From positions 1,952,001-2,016,000 of the forward strand of contig OY970323.1 in the NCBI GenBank assembly GCA_963716985.1: a DNA stretch of 64,000 nt. Reading direction: 5' to 3'. The translations under genes were made by a program, and so were the position numbers. A model generated the notes under the pieces. The model had not been told where the DNA came from, did no database searches, and saw nothing but the letters and a program-made list of their open reading frames with translations. Positions 58,279 through 64,000 of the stretch are shown here, one piece after another (position 1 is the first letter of the stretch; the number at the start of each line of letters is the position of its first letter). The stretch comes from an uncultured bacterium. GTDB lineage: Bacteria > Chlamydiota > Chlamydiia > Chlamydiales > SM23-39.

Positions 58279-59829
58279 CTATAGGATAGAGCAACAGCAT
58301 TTGCTCTTCTTTTTCGCATCCTCCTGCGAGACCAGTGGATCTGCTTCATTGATGCGAACATTTGCTGCAGTGGCGGAAGTAGCCGCCACCACAGCATTAC
58401 CACCTTCTCTGCCAAGGGCAGTAGGACGCAAAGACTCCCTTTTGACAGGAACATTCGCAGAAGCACTTGCGGGAGGTGCGGGGGCTGGCGTTTCTTTCGA
58501 AGGGCAAGAACTACCGCCTCCGCTACCGGTATCAGAGAGACGCGGAGCCTCCTCTTTGACAGGAACATCCGTAGAAGTACTTGCGGGAGGTGCAGGAGCT
58601 GACGTTTCTGCTCTCTTTACAAATTCTTTCAAAAATTCACGAGACTCGAGACATCCTTGTGCGGCAGATTCTCCGAGCAAAGAGAAAGCTCTTTCCTTAT
58701 CTTCTCCAATACCAATACCATAGAAAAGGCAAAGCGCTAACATGTGTTTTGCCAAGGAAAATCCCATGTCGGCAGATTTCTGGAAATGTCTCACAGCGTT
58801 CTCTTGTTTCAAATGGTACAAATGTCTTGTGAAACAGCAAAGTCCCAGAAAAAACTCTGCTCCTGCTAGCTTTTCGATAGCTAAACACAAATATTTACTC
58901 GCTTGTTTTTCCGATACTTCCGTTCCCCATCCATTAGCAAAGCAAAGCCCTAGATAAAGCTGTGCTCCCGGAATGGATCCTCTTGCAGCAGAAAACCTTT
59001 TGAAAGCCATCTCATACGATGGCGCAACTCCAATGCCCATGGCATAACAAAGACCTAATCGAAAGCATGTCTCAAAATCATTTTTCTCTGCAGCTGATTT
59101 ATATCTTAAAAAAGCTTCCGATTCACTGGACGAACCAACAAGGTCCTCATAAGACCATCCCAAAGCAGCTCTTTCTCGCTGCTCTTTGTTGAGAAAAAAG
59201 AAAAGGGCTTTTTGGAGATCTATTTCAGAATTTTTTTGTTCCGCAAGGGCTACACAAAGTTTTGCATTCAGATGTCCCTTTTTGGCAGCAGCTATGAAGT
59301 GTTTTTGCGCTTCTCGTGGATCTTTTGCAACTCCAAAGCCTTGCTCATAACATTTTCCCAAAGAAAATCGAGCATCGGGATGGTCCTTCTCAACAGCTCT
59401 TAAAAGGTATTGAACAACTTCTGTTTCTGTCTTTTTGGCATCGGAAAGGAGAGTCTTTGAGCGTTGAAGACAATAAGCAACCATGAATTGTGCTTCTTTA
59501 TCTCTCCCAGCGGCTGCGATACGAAAGTTCTCAAGAGCACTGTCTCTATTTACGTTCACTCCATTACCATTCAAAAAACACAATCCTAATTCATGGTTTG
59601 CTAAAAGATATCGCAGACTGGCCGCTGAAGCGAACTGGGCAAAAGCAAGCTGTGGCTCTTTAATATAATAACATATGCCTAGTAAATATTGAGCTACTGC
59701 ATCTGTTTTTTCTGCAGTTTGCAATAAATCAGTCGCTTGTTCGAATTCTTTTTCTTTTATTAAAGTTTTTGCCGCTTTATGTAAATCGGTCAAAGCCGGA
59801 CTACCCGGACTATTGGATGCTGTTGTCAT
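58279..59829 (-). CDS. Sel1-like repeat protein with low-complexity tail and C-terminal CaaX motif
   Basis: Repeated LG.CY..G.GV units; ends KKKSKCCCSIL. Confidence 0.9.
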   Translation of the reverse strand: MTTASNSPGSPALTDLHKAAKTLIKEKEFEQATDLLQTAEKTDAVAQYLLGICYYIKEPQLAFAQFASAASLRYLLANHELGLCFLNGNGVNVNRDSALENFRIAAAGRDKEAQFMVAYCLQRSKTLLSDAKKTETEVVQYLLRAVEKDHPDARFSLGKCYEQGFGVAKDPREAQKHFIAAAKKGHLNAKLCVALAEQKNSEIDLQKALFFFLNKEQRERAALGWSYEDLVGSSSESEAFLRYKSAAEKNDFETCFRLGLCYAMGIGVAPSYEMAFKRFSAARGSIPGAQLYLGLCFANGWGTEVSEKQASKYLCLAIEKLAGAEFFLGLCCFTRHLYHLKQENAVRHFQKSADMGFSLAKHMLALCLFYGIGIGEDKERAFSLLGESAAQGCLESREFLKEFVKRAETSAPAPPASTSTDVPVKEEAPRLSDTGSGGGSSCPSKETPAPAPPASASANVPVKRESLRPTALGREGGNAVVAATSATAANVRINEADPLVSQEDAKKKSKCCCSIL

Positions 59830-60295
59830 AAAACCTCGTTTTTGAAAAGGAACTTCTCTAGTTAGAATCGTTATCACGACTTTTTACGTTTTTTTCTCTA
59901 ACCGAGAATTCCTTACTGTTAACATAAAAATTGATAGAGAGATCCACCTTGCGCATGCTGTTTTGGTTCTTAACGACGAATGGCAGGAATCTAAAAACTC
60001 GCTATCGGCAAATATTCTAGCAATACTGCTTCCTTTTTTTCAGAATTTTTTAAATTCCGGATGAAAAAATCTTAACACATCAGGTTGACTCCCTCGTTTC
60101 CACCTGCGAGAGAACTTCCTGCTTAACATTGGGTGCAAAGAAACTTTGCAATGAATTGGGATTCTCTAAACATCAAAAATCCACGCCTCAACTAACGACA
60201 ACACAGCAAGAAAAAGAACCTGGAAATTCTCGTGGGTGTCGAAACTGATTTTCATCTTCAGCGTATATCTTTCTACTTGTTAGGTACCATTTCGG

Positions 60296-61309
60296 TCATT
60301 TTTTGCTACTAAAAAGAGACGGCGAGGGAGGACTCTCAGTGCGATGACGAGGCTCCTTGGATTTAGAAAGGCGAAGGCTATTTTCAGGCATTTCTGCCCC
60401 AGCAGGAGTAGGCGGAGATCCGGGGAGGAAAGGTATCACAACCTCATCAGGATTTTCTCCTGCTCCAGAACCAGCAGAGCGTGGGATAGGGGATAATACC
60501 AAACCTTCATGAGGAGGCATTTCTGCCCCAGCAGGAGTGACAGGTGACATAATCACAGCAGGAGGTGCGGTTGGTGACGAATGGTCGGAATATGGCGGCT
60601 TCTTTCGTACTGACGCAGTCATTGCATCACTCGCTCTAGTAGTATCTACAACAATTTCTTCGACGACAAGAGATTGTCTCTTACGCTTCTCGTCATTTTC
60701 AATGACTTCTGCTTCATCCCCTTTCGTTAATGCGGGAACAACAGCCGGCAGTTCAGAAGTGCTTGATGAAGCAGGATGGCCCTCTCTGAAACACAATCTC
60801 CCAATACCTCTGAGCCCAAGACCGGTAATAGGGATCATCCCAAGGGCGAGGGGCCAATAATTGACGAGCGAAGTTATACCTTGTTGGCTCGGAGCTGCAA
60901 AAATCATATCGCGAAGAGGCGTTCCTAAAATAGCGGAAGTAATTCCGGGAGAAACCGGATTTGCCCAATAGCTGCGACCCATCACAGAAAGAGCAACGAC
61001 TCCCACAACAAGACTTGTGAGAATAACGGGTTTTAAATACCCAACTTCAGACCATTTCGAGTTTTCAGGCTTATGATAAACAGCAGAGATCTTCCTTTGA
61101 GCAAAATAAACAGGATTTCCAATGACCAGTTCTCCTACGAATGACAAAAGAATAAAAATACTACAAGAAATGCGATAGACCGATCGCATGAGGGGACTCT
61201 TTTGAAGAAGCCCTGGGCTCCACATTCTTTTTGTCAGAGGGAACGAAAGAGAGTCGGATCGAAAAAAAGCCGGTAAGGTAGAGGATAAGCAAGGAGTAAC
61301 TTGGCTCAT
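60296..61309 (-). CDS. Hypothetical membrane protein with Pro/Ser-rich tail (Inc/effector-like)
   Basis: Hydrophobic segments; duplicated TPAGAEMP. Confidence 0.75.
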   Translation of the reverse strand: MSQVTPCLSSTLPAFFRSDSLSFPLTKRMWSPGLLQKSPLMRSVYRISCSIFILLSFVGELVIGNPVYFAQRKISAVYHKPENSKWSEVGYLKPVILTSLVVGVVALSVMGRSYWANPVSPGITSAILGTPLRDMIFAAPSQQGITSLVNYWPLALGMIPITGLGLRGIGRLCFREGHPASSSTSELPAVVPALTKGDEAEVIENDEKRKRQSLVVEEIVVDTTRASDAMTASVRKKPPYSDHSSPTAPPAVIMSPVTPAGAEMPPHEGLVLSPIPRSAGSGAGENPDEVVIPFLPGSPPTPAGAEMPENSLRLSKSKEPRHRTESPPSPSLFSSKK

Positions 61310-61374
61310 AAAAAATCCATTTGTAAAGGCATTGTAGAGATTTTACACGTTTCGGCAAAAAATAAAAATCTTTT

Positions 61375-62346
61375 TCACAAAAGATTTCTCTTCGAAGAGT
61401 CAGAAGAAGCCGTCAAAGAATGAAAGTTTTCCTCTCGAGAAATTCCCCTGCACGAATAAAATGCTCTCCTCCAAAAGGGAGTCCCGACCATTTTTAAAAA
61501 CTCCAAGGGTGAGATTTGATAAACGTTGGAAGGCAAGATCTGTTTTTCTTCTTTGAAACGAAAGGTCTTTGTAAGATCTAGCTCTATGAAGGGATCGACT
61601 TTTTTCAACTCATAGCCATGCACGAAATCTTTGATGCTATAGGGATTCGACCATTCGTTTTCTATGAGTTTTTCCCAATCATTTTCATTTTTATGGGCAG
61701 ATGCTTTCATCTTTTTAAGGATCTCTTCTTTGGTGCGCACCCAGCTATAATGATGAATCATTGGCTCTCCATCGAGCCCCAAGACATGACGCATTTTTTT
61801 CTTCGCAGCATTGTAGAGTGCATGGCGGTCTCCTGGAGAAAGAAGAGCTTTTTTCTGCCAAGAACCCCGTCGAGCGAGCACTGCGGAATCTTCCCGGCAA
61901 GAGGCCTGCATCTCTGGCGTGCGAAAATACCAATAGTTCGCAAGACGCATCGCATCATAGACGCGGTACTGCTCTGCGTCCAGCCATGCGGAGAACCTCT
62001 TTTCGTCGACAATTTCATCGGCATCCAAAAAAAGCAGATACTCACTTGTAGCAAAATGCTGCCCGATGATTCTGGAACAGTTGAACCAAAGATCCTTGCC
62101 GATTCTCTTTGTAAATTTTTCAGAAAGCAGCTTGGGCACAAAGGGAGATAAGAAAAATCGACATTCGGGAAACTGCTCAAAACAGTAAAAAAGAGCCTCT
62201 TTGTTTTCGGGAGTCCCGTCAAAAAAATGATCAAAGACAACGATGCCGATCTCGGAAGAAAAATTCTTGAGCGACTCAATGCAGTGTTTTAAAAAACGAA
62301 TTTCATTCGTACAGAAAGAAATGACAGAACCGATCGAATGGGACAT
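61375..62346 (-). CDS. Glycosyltransferase family 2-like protein
   Basis: FLKHCIES, YLLFLDADE, IHHYSWVR. Confidence 0.8.
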   Translation of the reverse strand: MSHSIGSVISFCTNEIRFLKHCIESLKNFSSEIGIVVFDHFFDGTPENKEALFYCFEQFPECRFFLSPFVPKLLSEKFTKRIGKDLWFNCSRIIGQHFATSEYLLFLDADEIVDEKRFSAWLDAEQYRVYDAMRLANYWYFRTPEMQASCREDSAVLARRGSWQKKALLSPGDRHALYNAAKKKMRHVLGLDGEPMIHHYSWVRTKEEILKKMKASAHKNENDWEKLIENEWSNPYSIKDFVHGYELKKVDPFIELDLTKTFRFKEEKQILPSNVYQISPLEFLKMVGTPFWRRAFYSCRGISREENFHSLTASSDSSKRNLL

Positions 62347-62504
62347 AGGCGCTCAAATTGTTAAGAATTATTCCCGAAAAACCAAAAGAAAGCAACGTAT
62401 AGCTTCTCTTCGTTTTACTCCAGAAATCGGAAGATGCAAAACTACTTGATCCTTCCTTTTAAAAAGAATAGTATGTGATAGAAAAAAAAGAGGCAAAAAA
62501 CTCT

Positions 62505-63863
62505 ATGCATATCGTCATATTGGGTGCAGGAGAGCTTGGCTGCCACCTTGCGCGCGTACTTGCAAACGAGGGATTGAGCGTTACGGTCATCGACAAAGAT
62601 CTGAAAAACCTAGAAAAACTTTCTAAAGAAGCAGACATAGCCACGATCGTTGCTCCCGGAACCAAATGGAAAGCGCTTAGCGATCTGATCGAGGAGAATC
62701 CCTCTTTTTTCATCGCCCTGACCGGAAGCGATGAGGCTAATCTCGTCTCTTGCACAATTGCAAAAAACTTAGGCTTTCCCCATACCGTGGCAAGGGTCAA
62801 AGAGATCGGTTTTTTGAGCCGCTCGCGCCTGGACTTCGGAAGGCTTTTTTTTGTCGATCATTTCATCGGAGCCGAAGTTCTCACCGCACACGATATTTTA
62901 AAAAGCATTCTCAACTACGAAGATTTATCGGTCGAAAATTTTGCACACGGCACCATCCAGATGAGGACCTTTCTCATCCCGGAAAGCTGGCCGAATGAAA
63001 AAACCTATCTCAAAGATCTCTCTCTCCCTAAAGAAATCATCATCAGCTTGATTCGCAGAAGAAATCCTTCCGGCAAAGAGCATATCATCTTTCCTCATGG
63101 AGAGGATTGCATTCTTCCCAAAGACGAGGTGACCGTCATCGGAGAGACGCAAACCATGTACCGTATCCATCACCTCTTCAAATTCAAATCGCCTGAAAAA
63201 CCCATCAAGTCCGTCGTGATCGTCGGCGGATCTCCCGTAGCGCTTCGACTCTCTTACATTCTCGAAAAGCTCGACATCCACGTCAAGATCATCGAAAGAG
63301 ATGAAAAACGGTGCGAAGAGCTTGCCGACCTTCTTCCCGAAAGCACGGTTCTGCATCATGATGTGCAGAACCTCAATTTTCTTCTTTCCGAAGGAGTGCA
63401 AAATGCAGGAGCTTTTCTCGCCTGCACGAACGTAGATGAGACCAATCTCTTGCTCGCACTTTTAGGAAAAAAATGCGGATGCCCTAAGGTGCTGGCATTG
63501 ATTTCCGACGTGAGTTTGGTTCCCGTCTTTCGAGATTTGGACATTACAGTCTCTATCTCAGAAAAAGTCAACCTTGCCAATCGCATTCTTTCTCTTGTGC
63601 ATGGGAAAAAAATTATTTCCATTGCTTCTCTTTGCGACAACCAGGCCAAGGTTCTTGAAATGAAGGTATCCCCCGAATCAGAGCTGGTAGGACTCCCCCT
63701 CTCCGATATCAGCTCGCGTCTGCCCAAAGACCTGCTGATTGCGGCCATCGAAAATCGAGGACGCATCATGATTGGCAAAGGCACGCGCATTCTTTCTCCC
63801 AATGATACGATTATCGTGGTGACAAGCGCCGAAAGAGTCCATGAATTGTCAGATCTTTTTTAA
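62505..63863 (+). CDS. trkA: Trk potassium uptake protein TrkA
   Basis: Two RCK_N domains (ILGAGELG; VIVGG) each followed by RCK_C. Confidence 0.95.
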   Translation: MHIVILGAGELGCHLARVLANEGLSVTVIDKDLKNLEKLSKEADIATIVAPGTKWKALSDLIEENPSFFIALTGSDEANLVSCTIAKNLGFPHTVARVKEIGFLSRSRLDFGRLFFVDHFIGAEVLTAHDILKSILNYEDLSVENFAHGTIQMRTFLIPESWPNEKTYLKDLSLPKEIIISLIRRRNPSGKEHIIFPHGEDCILPKDEVTVIGETQTMYRIHHLFKFKSPEKPIKSVVIVGGSPVALRLSYILEKLDIHVKIIERDEKRCEELADLLPESTVLHHDVQNLNFLLSEGVQNAGAFLACTNVDETNLLLALLGKKCGCPKVLALISDVSLVPVFRDLDITVSISEKVNLANRILSLVHGKKIISIASLCDNQAKVLEMKVSPESELVGLPLSDISSRLPKDLLIAAIENRGRIMIGKGTRILSPNDTIIVVTSAERVHELSDLF

Positions 63864-63874
63864 AAAGGAGATAA

Positions 63875-64000
63875 ATGAACTATAAGCAGATCTCTCTCTT
63901 CTTAGGAAAATACCTCTTCTTCTTCTCTCTCATCCTTCTGCTTCCTTTGGGCGTGGCTCTTTATTACGACTTTGTGGCAGATTCGAAATTCTATCCGCAG
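63875..64000 (+). CDS. trkH: TrkH potassium permease, N-terminal fragment (runs off the window)
   Basis: MNYKQISLFLGKYLFFFSLILLLPL follows trkA, with AGGAG RBS. Confidence 0.75.
   Translation, partial: MNYKQISLFLGKYLFFFSLILLLPLGVALYYDFVADSKFYPQ

Noticed and set aside
59880..60290. Possible decayed gene or ncRNA in the intergenic gap
   Set aside because: No recognisable ORF, motif or structure.
58043..61309. tRNA-anchored integrated island
   Set aside because: No integrase and no duplicated tRNA 3' end were seen.

Overview
This is a chlamydial (Chlamydiota, environmental Simkania/Parachlamydia-like) chromosome segment, judged from gene order and protein style. The housekeeping backbone includes ruvA, mnmE-nth-psd-secA, lpdA-lipA, glgC, pepP-mutL, cca, rsbU, rsgA-eno, tRNA-Arg(ACG) and trkA-trkH. 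Between secA and an AAA ATPase (~10.4-25.9 kb) lies a dense, nested mobile-element region that can be reconstructed from terminal inverted repeats (TIRs) and target-site duplications (TSDs). (i) A ~1160-aa F-box + ~30 x 33-aa tandem-repeat effector gene is broken by a MITE, an IS982 and an IS66. (ii) An ISAs1 contains a TAA-TSD element, which contains an IS200, whose tnpA is split immediately after its ATG by a complete group II intron (RT with an FCDD motif). (iii) An IS21 relic carries a MITE-in-MITE and an unclassified Mutator-like element. (iv) An IS701-like element is flanked by a 27-bp direct repeat. At least eight MITE types occur in the window, one of which cleanly inactivates the PIN toxin of an XRE-ImmA/PIN module. 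Candidate host-directed proteins include a Sel1-repeat protein ending in a CaaX prenylation motif. All family assignments come from motif recognition by eye; no database searches were run.
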